Part shown: one piece after another, positions 11,001-20,355 of the stretch
Layout: each line of letters starts with the position of its first letter
Numbering within the stretch: the first letter of the stretch is position 1
NCBI GenBank assembly: GCA_937885645.1
Contig: CALABJ010000029.1
Span: forward strand, 52,679-116,678
Direction of reading: 5' to 3'
DNA: 64,000 bases
DNA from: an uncultured Clostridia bacterium
Lineage (GTDB): Bacteria; Bacillota; Clostridia; Christensenellales; CAG-917
The notes under the pieces: model-generated
What the model saw: the letters and a program-made list of their open reading frames with translations, nothing else
Told to the model about the DNA's origin: nothing
Databases searched by the model: none
Translations under genes and position numbers: made by a program

Positions 11001-11829
11001 TCAACTTTTTGAGGCGGTTGTTGCGGTTGATGACTCTGCGATAGAGATCATTGAGGTCACTTGTTGCAAAACGGCCACCGTCAAGTTGAACCATAGGACG
11101 GAGATCGGGAGGAAGGACGGGAAGCACGTCGAGGATCATCCATTCAGGGCGGTTGCCACTGAGACGGAATGCTTCAACGATTTCAAGACGCTTCACTGCG
11201 CGGAGACGCTTTTGTCCAACGCTGTTTTCAACGATTTCTTTGAGTTCCTTGCTGTCCTTGTCAAGGTCGATTTCCATAAGGAGTTCCTTGATGGCTTCTG
11301 CACCCATACCGACGCGGAGAGTCTTGAAGGTTTCGCTGTCATATTTTTCCATAAGTTCACGATACTCTCTGTCAGAAACAACTTGTTTCTTTGTGAGTTC
11401 CGTGACTTGACCTGCATCGAGAACGATGTGGTTGACAAAGTAAAGGACTTGTTCAAGATCCTTAGGGGAAATGTCAAGGAGGAGGCTGATGCGTGAAGGC
11501 ACACCACGGAAATACCAGATGTGTGAAACGGGAGTTGCAAGTTCAATGTGTCCCATTCTTTCACGACGCACTTTGCTCTTTGTCACTTCAACGCCGCACT
11601 TTTCGCAGACGACGCCCTTGTAGCGGATTCTCTTATAGCGACCGCAGTGGCATTCCCAGTCACGTGTAGGTCCAAAGATTTTTTCGCAGAAAAGGCCGTC
11701 CTTTTCGGGTTTTTGTGTGCGGTAGTTTATGGTTTCGGGCTTTGTCACTTCACCGTGTGACCATTCTCTGATCTTTTCAGGTGAAGCGATGCCGATTTGG
11801 ATTGAATCAAAATTGCTCAGTTCGTACAT
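8029..11829 (-). CDS. rpoC: DNA-directed RNA polymerase subunit beta-prime
   Basis: 1266 aa. Zinc ribbon [20 protein letters not shown] and catalytic [14 protein letters not shown]. Confidence 0.98.
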   Translation of the reverse strand: MYELSNFDSIQIGIASPEKIREWSHGEVTKPETINYRTQKPEKDGLFCEKIFGPTRDWECHCGRYKRIRYKGVVCEKCGVEVTKSKVRRERMGHIELATPVSHIWYFRGVPSRISLLLDISPKDLEQVLYFVNHIVLDAGQVTELTKKQVVSDREYRELMEKYDSETFKTLRVGMGAEAIKELLMEIDLDKDSKELKEIVENSVGQKRLRAVKRLEIVEAFRLSGNRPEWMILDVLPVLPPDLRPMVQLDGGRFATSDLNDLYRRVINRNNRLKKLKEIGAPDIIVRNEKRMLQEAVDALIDNGRRGKAVSGPGNRDLKSLSGMLRGKQGRFRQNLLGKRVDYSGRSVIVVGPELKLYQCGLPKEMALELFKPFIMKKLVEQNLCHNIKSAKRFVDTGKHQVWDILEEIIKDHPVLLNRAPTLHRLGIQAFEPVLVEGRAIKLHPLACTAFNADFDGDQMAVHVPLSVEAQVEARILMLCTNNILKLSDGRPIVSPAQDMVIGSYYLTIVRPGGLGEGKYFSSFDEAMMAYQCGEITAQSLVYIRTPYVKADGTTATKMLHTTVGRCIFNSNLPQDLHFINRDDEALAGELELNGILGVNCLIDQKQLTALAGTTDLAEVKAIVRRPELKDSDAQKIVDLIKDAVAKGVDVNGEEVREKTLLRKAIQKVLGEKAIAIGKKQLSLIVDNCFKYHGATETANTLDLIKALGYKYSTLGAVTTSVFDMHVPANKKQVIEEAEKKVINIERNFARGIVTDEERYQTVIKIWKEATDAVTEHLVDGLDDFNPIWMMANSGARGNMSQIRQLAGMRGLMANPKGETIELPVRANFREGLSVLEYFISSHGGRKGLADTALKTADSGYLTRRLVDVSHAVIVREQDCGDTKGSRVTPIMDGKTVIETLADRIAGRYAMEDVVDPFTGEVLCEADTMISTDQAKAIDKALTKKWESEGSNLHKLPTVHIRSVLTCKTKNGVCAKCYGKNMASGNPVKLGEAVGIIAAQSIGEPGTQLTMRTFHTGGVATGDDITQGLPRVEELFEARKPKGQAIITENKGAVTISDDNRKITVTGDDERVYDIPYGAKLKVENGEIIDAGDPLTSGSIDPQAMLRAKGVNGVQEYLAKEVQATYRLSGVEINDKHIEVIVRQMLRKVRIEDQGDTNMLPGTLVDIFTYEEENEKALENGGIPASAKRTLLGITKAALATESFLSAASFQETTRVLADAAIKNKIDPLIGLKENVIIGKLIPAGTGMKIYKDITTVPAETDNDII
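9790..10083 (-). other. Lineage-specific insertion (~85-95 aa) inside RpoC
   Basis: RpoC residues ~583-680 ([24 protein letters not shown]...VLGEKAIA). They sit between the conserved FIN and [18 protein letters not shown] blocks, which are nearly contiguous in E. coli RpoC as I recall it. Confidence 0.5.
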
Positions 11830-11839
11830 AATTTACCTC

Positions 11840-14800
11840 CTATTCCTCGTCGTTTCCGCCGCCAAGGCCGAAGATGTCGTTGACGTCCACAGTGCCCTTA
11901 GTGAGTGCGCTGAAGATGTCGTCGTCATCATCTTTTGCTGTGTCGAAGAGATTGTCGAATGCGGATCCTTCAGTCTTGAAGTTTTCAAAGATGTTTCCGC
12001 CTTCAAAGATGTCAACTTCCTTGAGTTCCTCATCTTTCTTGATGACAGAGGATTCGAAGTCCATATCTTCATCTGCTTCACGGAGTTTGATTTCATCGTG
12101 TTCGTCAGTGAGCACCTTGACGTCAAGACCCAGTGATTGGAGTTCCTTGACGAGAACCTTAAATGATTCAGGGATGCCGGGCTCAGAGATGTTGTTGCCT
12201 TTGACGATTGATTCATACGTCTTGACACGACCGATGGTGTCGTCTGACTTGACTGTGAGGATTTCTTGGAGCATATTTGCTGCGCCGTATGCTTCCAGTG
12301 CCCAGACTTCCATTTCACCGAAACGTTGTCCGCCGAATTGTGCCTTACCACCGAGAGGTTGTTGTGTGACCAAGCTGTAAGGACCGGTGCTTCTTGCGTG
12401 GATCTTGTCGTCAACCAGGTGATGCAGTTTGAGGTAGTACATATAACCGACTGTCACAGGGTTTTCAAAAGGTTCACCGGTACGTCCGTCGAAGAGTTGG
12501 ATCTTTCCGTCAACCTTACCATTGCTGTTGACAAGGCCGTTTTCGCTGAACAGTTGCTTGATGTCTTGTTCGTTTGCGCCGTCAAAGACGGGGGTGCTGA
12601 TCTTGATGCCAAGCATATTTGCCACAAGACCGAGGTGGACTTCCAGCACTTGACCGATGTTCATACGTGAAGGCACGCCGAGGGGGTTAAGTACGATTTG
12701 GATGGGAGTGCCATCTGCCATGAAAGGCATATCTTCTCTGGGGAGAACGCGGGAGATAACACCCTTGTTTCCGTGACGGCCTGCCATCTTGTCACCCACG
12801 GAGATCTTTCTCTTTTGTGCGATATACACGCGGACAAGTTTGTTGACGCCGGGGCTCAATTCATCGCGGTTCTTTCTTGTGAAGATCTTGACGTCCACAA
12901 CGATACCGTCTTCGCCGTTGGGCACACGGAGTGATGTGTCACGGACTTCTCTGACCTTTTCGCCGAAGATTGCGCGGAGCAATCTTTCTTCGGGAGTGAG
13001 TTCTGTTTCGCCCTTGGGAGTGACCTTACCAACGAGGATGTCCCCTGCTCTAACTTCTGCGCCCACTCTGACGATACCGTCTTCATCAAGGTTGCGGAGT
13101 GCGTCTTCGCTGAGGTTGGGGATGTCACGGGTGATGAGTTCTTCACCGAGCTTGGTGTCACGTGCTTCGATTTCGTGTTCTTCAATGTGGATTGAAGTGT
13201 AGAGGTCTTCTTTTACAAGGTCTTCACTGATGAGGACTGCGTCTTCATAGTTGTAGCCTTCCCAGTTCATAAATGCAACCAGCATATTTCTGCCGAGAGC
13301 AAGTTCACCTTGATCGGTTGCGGGGCCGTCTGCGAGGACTGTGCCTTCACTGATAAGCACGCCGTTTTCATCGTACTTAGGTCCAACAACTTTGTCACCC
13401 TTCTTGACGATAGGATGTTGATTGATGCAGGTTGATTGGTTGCTTCTTTCAAACTTGGAAAGTGTGTAAGTTGTTTCGTTGCCGTCTGTTTCTTCAATGA
13501 CGATCTTGTCGCTGTCGACGTACTTGACGAAGCCGTCGTTCTTTGCAATCTTGAGGACGCCACTGTCGTATGCGATGCGGTGCTCAACGCCTGTTGCAAT
13601 CATAGGTGCTTGAGGACGGAGGAGAGGCACTGCTTGACGTTGCATGTTTGAACCCATAAGTGCACGGTTGGTATCATCGTTTTCAAGGAAGGGAATGAGG
13701 GCCGTTGCAATTGAAACAAGTTGCTTAGGGCTGACGTCCATGAAGTCAACTTCTGCCTTGGGATATGCGTTGATTTCGTCACGACGACGGCAGTTGACAC
13801 GGGCGTTTGCAAAGCATCCGTTTTCATCAAGAGGTTCGTTGGCTTGTGCCACGGTATACTTATCTTCTTCGTCTGCAGTCATATAGACGACTTCGTCAGT
13901 CACCTTGCCTGTTTCCTTGTCAACTCTGCGATAAGGTGTTTCGATGAAACCATACTCATTGACTCTTGCGTATGCTGACAGTGATGAGATAAGACCGATG
14001 TTTTGTCCTTCAGGAGTTTCGATAGGACACAGACGACCATAGTGTGTATAGTGAACGTCACGGACGTCGAAGCTTGCGCGTTCTCTGTTCAAACCGCCGG
14101 GGCCGAGTGCGGAAAGCTTACGCTTGTGGGTGAGTTCTGCGATGGGGTTGGGTTGGTCCATAAATTGCGAGAGTTGTGATGAACCAAAGAATTCCCTCAC
14201 TGCGCTGGTGACAGGACGGATATTTATGAGAGTTTGAGGAGTGATTTCTGCATTTTCTTGTGCGGAAGCCATTCTTTCTTTGATGACTCTTTCAAGACGG
14301 CTGATACCGATGCGGAATTGATTTTGGAGAAGTTCGCCAACTGCACGGACACGACGGTTGCCAAGGTGGTCGATGTCGTCGCAAGTGCCAAAGCCGTATC
14401 TAAGACCGAGGTTGTAGCTGACGGTTGACACGATGTCGTCGAGAGTGATGTGCTTGTAGACAAGCTTGTCAAGGTCTGCTTGGATTGCAAGGATAAGTTC
14501 CTTTTCATCGGTGATTTCATCCATGAGGGCTTTGAGTTCAGGATAGTAGACCTTTTCGAGGACGCCGATTTCTCTGGGATTGACGTTGACAAATGCGTCA
14601 AGGTCAACGGTGTTGTTGCCGATGCACTTGAAGCTTCTTGCTGTGCCGTCTTCGTCGGTGTATGCAAGATAGACCACGTTGATGCCGCTGTTTTGGATCT
14701 TGGTTGCGGTTTCAAGTGAAATCTTTTCGCCTTTTGCCACCAGGATTTCGCCGTCTTCGTTCACCACGTCTTCTGCTGCAACGTTGCCTGCAATACGAGT

Positions 14801-15664
14801 TGCAAGTGCAAGTTTCTTGTTGTACTTGTATCTGCCAACTCTGCCAAGTTCATATTTCTTGCCGTCATAGAACAGGTTGTTGATGAGGATGTTTGCACCT
14901 TCAGTGGTGGGGACTTCGCCCGGACGCATACGCTTGAACAGGTCGATCTTGCCTTGTTCTTCGCTCTTGCATGCGGTGTCCTTGTTGCAGGTGATTGCGA
15001 TCATTTCATCTCCGCCAAAGAGGTCGATGAGTTCTTGGTCTGTGCCGTAGCCCAGAGCACGCAACAAGGTTGTTGTGGTGATCTTACGGTTGCGGTCAAC
15101 GTGGACCCATGAAATGTCGTTGGAGTCTTGTTCAAATTCCAGCCATGCGCCACGGTTGGGGATGACTGTGGTTGCATAACGAGGCACACCGTTTTTGTCT
15201 GCTGCTTGGTCGTTGTACACGCCGGGGCTTCTGACAAGTTGGCTAACGATGACACGTTCTGCACCGTTGATGACAAATGAGCCTGCTTCTGTCATGAGAG
15301 GGAAATCACCCATGAACACTTCTTGTTCCACGACTTCGCCAGTTTCGTTGTTGGTCAATCTCGCTTTGACACGGAGAGGAACTGCGTAAGTGGTGTCACG
15401 GTCCTTGCATTCCTTGACGGAATACTTAGGATTGCCGTTCAGGCTGTGGGAGAGAAATTCCAGTTTCAATCTGCCGGAGAAATCGTTGATGGGTGAATAT
15501 TCTTTCAACACATCTGCGATGCCTGCGTCAATGAAGTTTGCATAGGAACTTCTTTGCAACTCGATAAGGTACGGAATGGGGAGAATCTTTTCATCGTTGA
15601 TACGTGAAAATGAGTTTCTTTCAGTTGTGCCGTACATTACTTTGTGAAATCTTTGTTGGGACAT
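11840..15664 (-). CDS. rpoB: DNA-directed RNA polymerase subunit beta
   Basis: 1274 aa. Conserved blocks [17 protein letters not shown] and [15 protein letters not shown]. Confidence 0.98.
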   Translation of the reverse strand: MSQQRFHKVMYGTTERNSFSRINDEKILPIPYLIELQRSSYANFIDAGIADVLKEYSPINDFSGRLKLEFLSHSLNGNPKYSVKECKDRDTTYAVPLRVKARLTNNETGEVVEQEVFMGDFPLMTEAGSFVINGAERVIVSQLVRSPGVYNDQAADKNGVPRYATTVIPNRGAWLEFEQDSNDISWVHVDRNRKITTTTLLRALGYGTDQELIDLFGGDEMIAITCNKDTACKSEEQGKIDLFKRMRPGEVPTTEGANILINNLFYDGKKYELGRVGRYKYNKKLALATRIAGNVAAEDVVNEDGEILVAKGEKISLETATKIQNSGINVVYLAYTDEDGTARSFKCIGNNTVDLDAFVNVNPREIGVLEKVYYPELKALMDEITDEKELILAIQADLDKLVYKHITLDDIVSTVSYNLGLRYGFGTCDDIDHLGNRRVRAVGELLQNQFRIGISRLERVIKERMASAQENAEITPQTLINIRPVTSAVREFFGSSQLSQFMDQPNPIAELTHKRKLSALGPGGLNRERASFDVRDVHYTHYGRLCPIETPEGQNIGLISSLSAYARVNEYGFIETPYRRVDKETGKVTDEVVYMTADEEDKYTVAQANEPLDENGCFANARVNCRRRDEINAYPKAEVDFMDVSPKQLVSIATALIPFLENDDTNRALMGSNMQRQAVPLLRPQAPMIATGVEHRIAYDSGVLKIAKNDGFVKYVDSDKIVIEETDGNETTYTLSKFERSNQSTCINQHPIVKKGDKVVGPKYDENGVLISEGTVLADGPATDQGELALGRNMLVAFMNWEGYNYEDAVLISEDLVKEDLYTSIHIEEHEIEARDTKLGEELITRDIPNLSEDALRNLDEDGIVRVGAEVRAGDILVGKVTPKGETELTPEERLLRAIFGEKVREVRDTSLRVPNGEDGIVVDVKIFTRKNRDELSPGVNKLVRVYIAQKRKISVGDKMAGRHGNKGVISRVLPREDMPFMADGTPIQIVLNPLGVPSRMNIGQVLEVHLGLVANMLGIKISTPVFDGANEQDIKQLFSENGLVNSNGKVDGKIQLFDGRTGEPFENPVTVGYMYYLKLHHLVDDKIHARSTGPYSLVTQQPLGGKAQFGGQRFGEMEVWALEAYGAANMLQEILTVKSDDTIGRVKTYESIVKGNNISEPGIPESFKVLVKELQSLGLDVKVLTDEHDEIKLREADEDMDFESSVIKKDEELKEVDIFEGGNIFENFKTEGSAFDNLFDTAKDDDDDIFSALTKGTVDVNDIFGLGGGNDEE
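11843..12085 (-). other. Acidic C-terminal extension of RpoB with repeated D-[IL]-F motifs
   Basis: The last ~80 aa follow the conserved [11 protein letters not shown] end: ...[14 protein letters not shown]...[19 protein letters not shown]...[14 protein letters not shown]. Confidence 0.6.
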
Positions 15665-15989
15665 GCTTCACTCCTTGAAAAAAATTACCATTTGACTTCC
15701 CGAAAAAAAAATTTTTTGAAAATGAGTTTTCTTCGGAAAGAGTTGTGTTTTTTGTTGCTGTGCGCTATACTGATTGTGTTATTTATAACCCCCTACCCCC
15801 AAAAATCGAGATTTCAGGGGCAGGAAACCGCATAATCGGCGCATTTTCCTATTTTAGCAGTAATTTTCAAGGTTGTCAAGTGCGCGCGTAAAGTATTTTG
15901 CCTATTTTATAGGCTAAAAATGGGCGCGATAAACACCAGATTTTTCGGCAAAATAGGACAAAAAAATCTTTCCAAATGGAGAAAATAAT

Positions 15990-16232
15990 ATGAGAATCGA
16001 CAAATTTTTGAAGGTTTCAAGAGTGATAAAACGTCGCTCAGTGGCGGCAGATGCCTGTGACGGCGGTCGTATTGAAATAAACGGAAAAGTGGCAAAACCC
16101 TCAAAAGACGTCAAAATCGGCGACGTCGTCACCGTGTCTTTTGGCAACAACACCCTCCGTTTTGAGGTGCTTGACATCAATGAAAAACAAACAAAGCAAT
16201 CGGCAGAAACAATGTATCGTGTCATAGAATGA
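15990..16232 (+). CDS. rqcP: S4-domain RNA-binding protein, YabO/RqcP-like
   Basis: 80 aa. MRIDKFLKVSRVIKRRSVAADACDGGRIEINGKVAKPSKDVKIGD is collinear with B. subtilis YabO/RqcP as I recall it. GGAG RBS upstream. Confidence 0.75.
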   Translation: MRIDKFLKVSRVIKRRSVAADACDGGRIEINGKVAKPSKDVKIGDVVTVSFGNNTLRFEVLDINEKQTKQSAETMYRVIE

Positions 16233-16277
16233 CCGCAAAAACCTTGTTTTCCACCCACTTCCCCAAAAAATCCCAAC

Positions 16278-16310
16278 AAAAAAACCGCCTAGATTGGCGG
16301 TTTTTCTTTT
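16278..16310. terminator. Bidirectional intrinsic terminator between rqcP and membrane paralog 1
   Basis: aaaaaaaCCGCCtagattGGCGGttttt: 6-bp GC stem with an A-run on one side and a T-run on the other. Confidence 0.7.
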
Positions 16311-16334
16311 GTCAAATTGTCTTACTCTGCCTGC
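16296..16334 (-). repeat. 39-nt segment identical to 17166..17204 (last codons plus 3' flank of paralog 1)
   Basis: ggcggtttttcttttgtcaaattgtcttactctgcctgc is found verbatim at both positions. Confidence 0.9.
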
Positions 16335-17062
16335 ACTTCGGGCACTTCTTCCAAAACCTCTGGGGCTTCTAATTGTGCCTTTGCTTGGCGAGCATAGTTT
16401 TTCTTTGCTTTGTCTGCCATTGCAAGCTCAACGGCAGCATAGATGAATATTATTGCATGAAGTAGCGTGAACGCAGCGTTTGCCACCATTGTTTCAACAA
16501 AGAAGGCCATTTTGTTGTCTCCCAACACAGCAAGTGCAAAGACCCCCTCGATAAATATAGCCACAGACACAGCCAACAATGTCGCTGTTGCGCCCACCGT
16601 TCTTTCCGTGCAATCATTGATGACGATTTTTGTCATTTTGTCTTGATCGTCATTTTTGATATATATGTTGCGCATTGACACAACAACACTCAACTCGATA
16701 GCCCCATAAACGATTAAGGCAAGGCAAAAAATGCCTATAATCCAACTCATATAAACGAAGTTGACAATGGCAAGAATTGTAAAACTTGCAAGCAAAAATG
16801 AGCTGGCGCCTATTGATTTTGAGGATTCTCTCAGCAAAATCTCGTGTAAAGGAGCCGATTCATCTGCAAGGATTTCTTTTTTGATTGCAACCGCCCTATC
16901 AAGTTTAATCGCTGCATATACAAGCAATGCCAATGCAAAGGCGACGTGCTGTATTGCTACAAAAATCGCAAGAACAATCGCTACCACTGCCGAAAAAGCA
17001 ACCAGTGTAGCATTGATTGCAATAGATTTTTCGCAATCTGAAAGGCTAACGTTAAATTTCAT
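16322..17062 (-). CDS. Uncharacterized 6-TM membrane protein, tandem paralog 1 (internal 3x two-helix repeat, acidic tail)
   Basis: 246 aa, strongly hydrophobic. Three modules end in LVYAAIKLDRAVAIKKE, IVYGAIELSVVVSMRN and FIYAAVELAMADKAKKN. C-terminal tail is PEVLEEVPEVQAE. AGGAG RBS. Confidence 0.7.
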   Translation of the reverse strand: MKFNVSLSDCEKSIAINATLVAFSAVVAIVLAIFVAIQHVAFALALLVYAAIKLDRAVAIKKEILADESAPLHEILLRESSKSIGASSFLLASFTILAIVNFVYMSWIIGIFCLALIVYGAIELSVVVSMRNIYIKNDDQDKMTKIVINDCTERTVGATATLLAVSVAIFIEGVFALAVLGDNKMAFFVETMVANAAFTLLHAIIFIYAAVELAMADKAKKNYARQAKAQLEAPEVLEEVPEVQAE

Positions 17063-17092
17063 AATTTGCTCCTAAGAATTTATTACAAATAA

Positions 17093-17121
17093 ATTATATT
17101 CTCACTTTTCCACACTGTCAA
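17093..17121 (-). promoter_or_regulatory. Sigma-A type promoter of membrane paralog 1
   Basis: Minus strand reads TTGACA-17 nt-TATAAT, about 25 nt upstream of the RBS and ATG at 17062. Confidence 0.55.
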
Positions 17122-17165
17122 CAGATATATCTCCGCCCTAAATGGGTGTTTTTTTATTGAAATAA

Positions 17166-17204
17166 GGCGGTTTTTCTTTTGTCAAATTGTCTTACTCTGC
17201 CTGC
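17166..17204 (-). repeat. 39-nt segment identical to 16296..16334 (last codons plus 3' flank of paralog 2)
   Basis: Verbatim copy. Both genes therefore end ...QAE-stop with the same 3' flank. Confidence 0.9.
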
Positions 17205-18007
17205 TCTTCGGGTGTTTCTTGTGGTGTGTTTGCGGTCTTTATCGCGCGCAAGTCTTGAACGTTGAAATCGCTCCCCTCTGCCTCGTTCTTTTCAATCAAC
17301 GTTATGGCGAGTTTTGTGGTTGCATACAAAAGCACCACCACGCCAATCACCATAAGCCCAAGGAAAAACACAAAATCAGCAAGTTGTCCGTTGGTGGGTG
17401 ACAGCCTTTTTGAATTCATAAACACCAAAAAAGCAAATGCACATACGTATCCTACACCTGCCATCATCAGGATGATGTTTGATGCCATTGAACGCTCATA
17501 GCACAGACCAAACCCTACTTTTGCTCGTTTTGTTGTGGTTTTTTTCACAAAAAGTTTGCGCTTGGACTCAACTTGGCTCAACTCAATTGCCATATAGATG
17601 AACATAATCAAAAAAATCGGTCCATCATATACGACGTATGCTCCGCCAAATAGGGTGACAAGGCGGTAGATAATAAACGCCAGCATCAACACCAACACAA
17701 ACGCACATCCGCCTGTTGTGTTTTTGAAACAAGTCGTGTATGTGTCAAAAGATGGGATCCCCTGCTCTTTGTTTTTGACAAGACTTGCTTTCATCTTGAC
17801 CGCATTGCCTAGTTCTATTGCCATAAACACAAAAAGCCCACCATTGCCCACCAATGAAATCAGGGGCAAAAAGCCTTTGTATCCGTAGGACGAGAAAACA
17901 CAGCCCAAAATTATGTTGACCACAAAGATTGCCGCAAGACAAGTAACCGCAGTTGCCGTTGATGCCACCTTTGCAGTGCAAAGTGTCAATTTCTTTTCAT
18001 ACGTCAT
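17192..18007 (-). CDS. Uncharacterized 6-TM membrane protein, tandem paralog 2
   Basis: The ORF-track start is 18031, but ATG at 18007 has AGGAGG 7 nt upstream and aligns with the paralog N-termini (MTYEKKLTLCTAKV). Module ends: FVFMAIELGNAVKMKAS, FIYMAIELSQVESKRKL, VLLYATTKLAITLIEKN. Tail is TPQETPEEQAE. Confidence 0.7.
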   Translation of the reverse strand: MTYEKKLTLCTAKVASTATAVTCLAAIFVVNIILGCVFSSYGYKGFLPLISLVGNGGLFVFMAIELGNAVKMKASLVKNKEQGIPSFDTYTTCFKNTTGGCAFVLVLMLAFIIYRLVTLFGGAYVVYDGPIFLIMFIYMAIELSQVESKRKLFVKKTTTKRAKVGFGLCYERSMASNIILMMAGVGYVCAFAFLVFMNSKRLSPTNGQLADFVFFLGLMVIGVVVLLYATTKLAITLIEKNEAEGSDFNVQDLRAIKTANTPQETPEEQAE

Positions 18008-18024
18008 AGGCCCACCTCCTTTGT

Positions 18025-18834
18025 TTACCATTCTTCTTCGTCATCATCAAGGCATACCGCATCTTCTTCGTCAAAGTTTTCTGCCTCAAAACAGACTTTT
18101 TCGGTGTTGGCTTCGTGAAGTTTTACCACTCCAATCAAAAGGATACACACGCCCAAAGCCAAAATCATCCAGCAGAACATGTTATCCGCCACTCCTCGAA
18201 CAAACCAGTCAACGCCGTATTTTCTTTCAAAGGTCAACGAATCTCCGTTCATTGCCGTAATTGTTGTGAATGTGGCGGTGTATGCAATGCCTGCAATCAT
18301 CAAAAAGATGCTTGCCCCCAATGAACGAGCAGTCCACAAACTAGGCTCAACACCATTTTCATCCGCCCTTTTCCCTGCATAAAGCCTTCTTTTGCCCTCT
18401 GCGTTGACAATTTCAATTGCCACGTAAATGATTGTCGCAATGAAAAATGGCATATCAAAAGGACCTGCCCCGTTCTTTATTGTGGCAAGACGATAAATGG
18501 TCAGTGCAAATAACATTGCCAGCAAAATAGAGTGAGAAATCAAAGTGGCTGTGGCGTCTTCGAGAAGTGTTGTTGTTTTAACGCCGTCTTCATCATTGCC
18601 CAGTGCAAGTCCTTTCTTCAACCTGATTTCCTTGACCAACTCAAAGGTGGCAAAAGCGAGGAATGCCACAAGAGCTATTGAAGGCACGACGAGCTCTTCA
18701 GCGTTTTCTGCATAGACAGGCAAGGCTGCAGCCAAAATGCAGTTTGCCAAAATGAAAATTGCCGTGAGGGCAATCACTGCTGAATAGATGCCGATTTTTG
18801 CATCACTTAGTGACATTTTTTTGTCGAGCGTCAT
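18025..18834 (-). CDS. Uncharacterized 6-TM membrane protein, tandem paralog 3
   Basis: 269 aa, starting MTLDKKMSLSDAKIG. Module ends: LAFATFELVKEIRLKKG, IIYVAIEIVNAEGKRRL, LLIGVVKLHEANTEKV. Tail is DDDEEEW. The stop lies 17 nt upstream of the paralog 2 ATG. Confidence 0.7.
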   Translation of the reverse strand: MTLDKKMSLSDAKIGIYSAVIALTAIFILANCILAAALPVYAENAEELVVPSIALVAFLAFATFELVKEIRLKKGLALGNDEDGVKTTTLLEDATATLISHSILLAMLFALTIYRLATIKNGAGPFDMPFFIATIIYVAIEIVNAEGKRRLYAGKRADENGVEPSLWTARSLGASIFLMIAGIAYTATFTTITAMNGDSLTFERKYGVDWFVRGVADNMFCWMILALGVCILLIGVVKLHEANTEKVCFEAENFDEEDAVCLDDDEEEW

Positions 18835-18866
18835 ACCTGCCTCCCTTTGTGTTGATTTATAATTGC

Positions 18867-18895
18867 ATTATAAATTATAAGCCCCACCCTGTCAA
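18867..18895 (-). promoter_or_regulatory. Sigma-A type promoter of membrane paralogs 3 and 2
   Basis: Minus strand reads TTGACA-17 nt-TATAAT. A second TATAAT sits 7 nt upstream of the first. Confidence 0.55.
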
Positions 18896-19004
18896 CATAT
18901 ATATTTCCGCCCAAAATGGGTGCTTTTCTTTTGAATTGGGGCGGTTTTAAGGTTTTGTCTTGACCTATCGGCAAGAAAAGTATATCCTATCAGTAGGAGT
19001 TTTT

Positions 19005-20126
19005 ATGAAATCAGTCAACGTTATCATCGCTGCCGCAGGCGAAAGTCAACGCTACGGCAAGGAAAATAAGCTTTTTGCAAGATGTGGCAAGGGTTGTGTC
19101 CTCACCGAGGCTATCACCCCCTTTCTTGCATACGACGAAGTGACCAAAATCATCGTGGCAACCCACAACTCATACTTTGACGAGTTGGCATCTTGGATGA
19201 GCATTTTGCACCTTGACGAAGACCATCGCATCACCTTTGCAATAGGGGGAAACAGTCGCACAGAAACCGTGAAAAACGCTATGCGCTCTCTCACTGACGA
19301 CTGCACCCACGTCCTTGTCCACGATGGTGCAAGACCCTTTGTTTCAGGCGAACTAATCGGTCGAATTTTGTCATCACTTGACACCCACAAAGTGGCAGTG
19401 CCCCTTGTAAGTCTTGTTGACAACATTGCTCTCATAACAGATGGTGTCAAATCCGTTGACCGCAATCACTATAGAGGCATACAAACCCCTATGGGGTTTG
19501 ATAGGGCGGTTTTTGAAACCGCATATTCAAAAACAACCACCTCTGCCCTTGATGACCTTGCCACGATTCAGGGATTCTATCAAGGTGAAATTGCCCACGT
19601 TGAAGGTGACAAAAACAACCGCAAAATCACCCACAAAGGTGATATTGTCATGAATAGAGTTGGCTCAGGATATGACATCCACCGCCTTGAAAAGGGAGAC
19701 GGAATCACCCTCTTTGGAGTGAAAATCCCCTGCCCTTACTCCCTTGTTGCCCACAGTGACGGCGACGTGCCTATCCACGCAATTATGGATGCAATCCTGT
19801 CCGCCCTGGGTGAAAAGGACATCGGTCATCACTTCCCCGTTGACGACCCTAGATACGACGACATTGACAGCATGCTCCTCCTTGACACCGTCATGGACAT
19901 CTGCCACAAGAAAGGCTACAAGGTGGAAAATGTCACCGCAACCGTCATTGCAGAAAGTCCTAAACTTGCCCCATATATTAATGAAATGCGCGCCCGCACC
20001 TGCGCGCGCCTAGGCGTGCCTGTGGAGTGTGTTGGCATTGCCGCAACCACCAACGAGCAAGTGGGTGAAATCGGTGACGGCAAGGCTATTGCTGCCTACG
20101 CCACGGTGCTTCTCTCCTCATTGTAA
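19005..20126 (+). CDS. ispDF: Bifunctional MEP cytidylyltransferase / MEcPP synthase (IspD-IspF fusion)
   Basis: The N-terminal half is IspD-like (VNVIIAAAGESQRYG). The C-terminal half is IspF-like (GSGYDIHRL...AHSDGDVPIHAIMDAILSALGEKDIGHHFP). I prefer ATG at 19005 (GGAG RBS) over the TTG at 18960 used in the track. Confidence 0.88.
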   Translation: MKSVNVIIAAAGESQRYGKENKLFARCGKGCVLTEAITPFLAYDEVTKIIVATHNSYFDELASWMSILHLDEDHRITFAIGGNSRTETVKNAMRSLTDDCTHVLVHDGARPFVSGELIGRILSSLDTHKVAVPLVSLVDNIALITDGVKSVDRNHYRGIQTPMGFDRAVFETAYSKTTTSALDDLATIQGFYQGEIAHVEGDKNNRKITHKGDIVMNRVGSGYDIHRLEKGDGITLFGVKIPCPYSLVAHSDGDVPIHAIMDAILSALGEKDIGHHFPVDDPRYDDIDSMLLLDTVMDICHKKGYKVENVTATVIAESPKLAPYINEMRARTCARLGVPVECVGIAATTNEQVGEIGDGKAIAAYATVLLSSL

Positions 20127-20242
20127 TCAAAGGCAATTAAACAAGAGGACAACTGTCAACAACACCAACAAAACAATTTATGCACCGAAACAGCACTCAG
20201 TTCAAGCACTAAAATATATCCGTTAAAACAACAACACAAATC

Positions 20243-20268
20243 AAAAAAACCGCCGAAAGGCGGTTTTA
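20243..20268 (+). terminator. Intrinsic terminator after ispDF
   Basis: aaaaaaaCCGCCgaaaGGCGGtttt. Confidence 0.7.
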
Positions 20269-20274
20269 TTGTAC

Positions 20275-20301
20275 GTAAAAAGCCACATAAAGTGGCTTTT
20301 T
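20275..20301. terminator. Second hairpin terminator in the convergent gap
   Basis: aaaaAGCCACataaaGTGGCTtttt, with A-run and T-run flanks. It could serve the minus-strand hydrolase genes. Confidence 0.45.
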
Positions 20302-20355
20302 CGCTTTATTTGTTCATTTTCAAGGATTGCTTTTGTGTCAATGCATCATCTCTTA

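Noticed and set aside
8085-15276. Many 60-230-codon ORFs overlap rpoC and rpoB in other frames or on the opposite strand, for example 8085..8777, 11833..12414, 11874..12380 and 14224..14715.
   Set aside because: Their translations are low-complexity (S/T/K/Q-rich), they lack RBSs, and they fully overlap highly conserved genes. These are typical shadow ORFs.
15914-16279. A 121-codon minus-strand ORF overlapping rqcP, plus other small ORFs in the rpoB-rqcP intergenic region (15644..15835 and 15907..16104).
   Set aside because: They lie antisense to, or overlap, a well-supported S4-domain gene and promoter region. Their sequences are hydrophobic and low-complexity, and they have no RBS.
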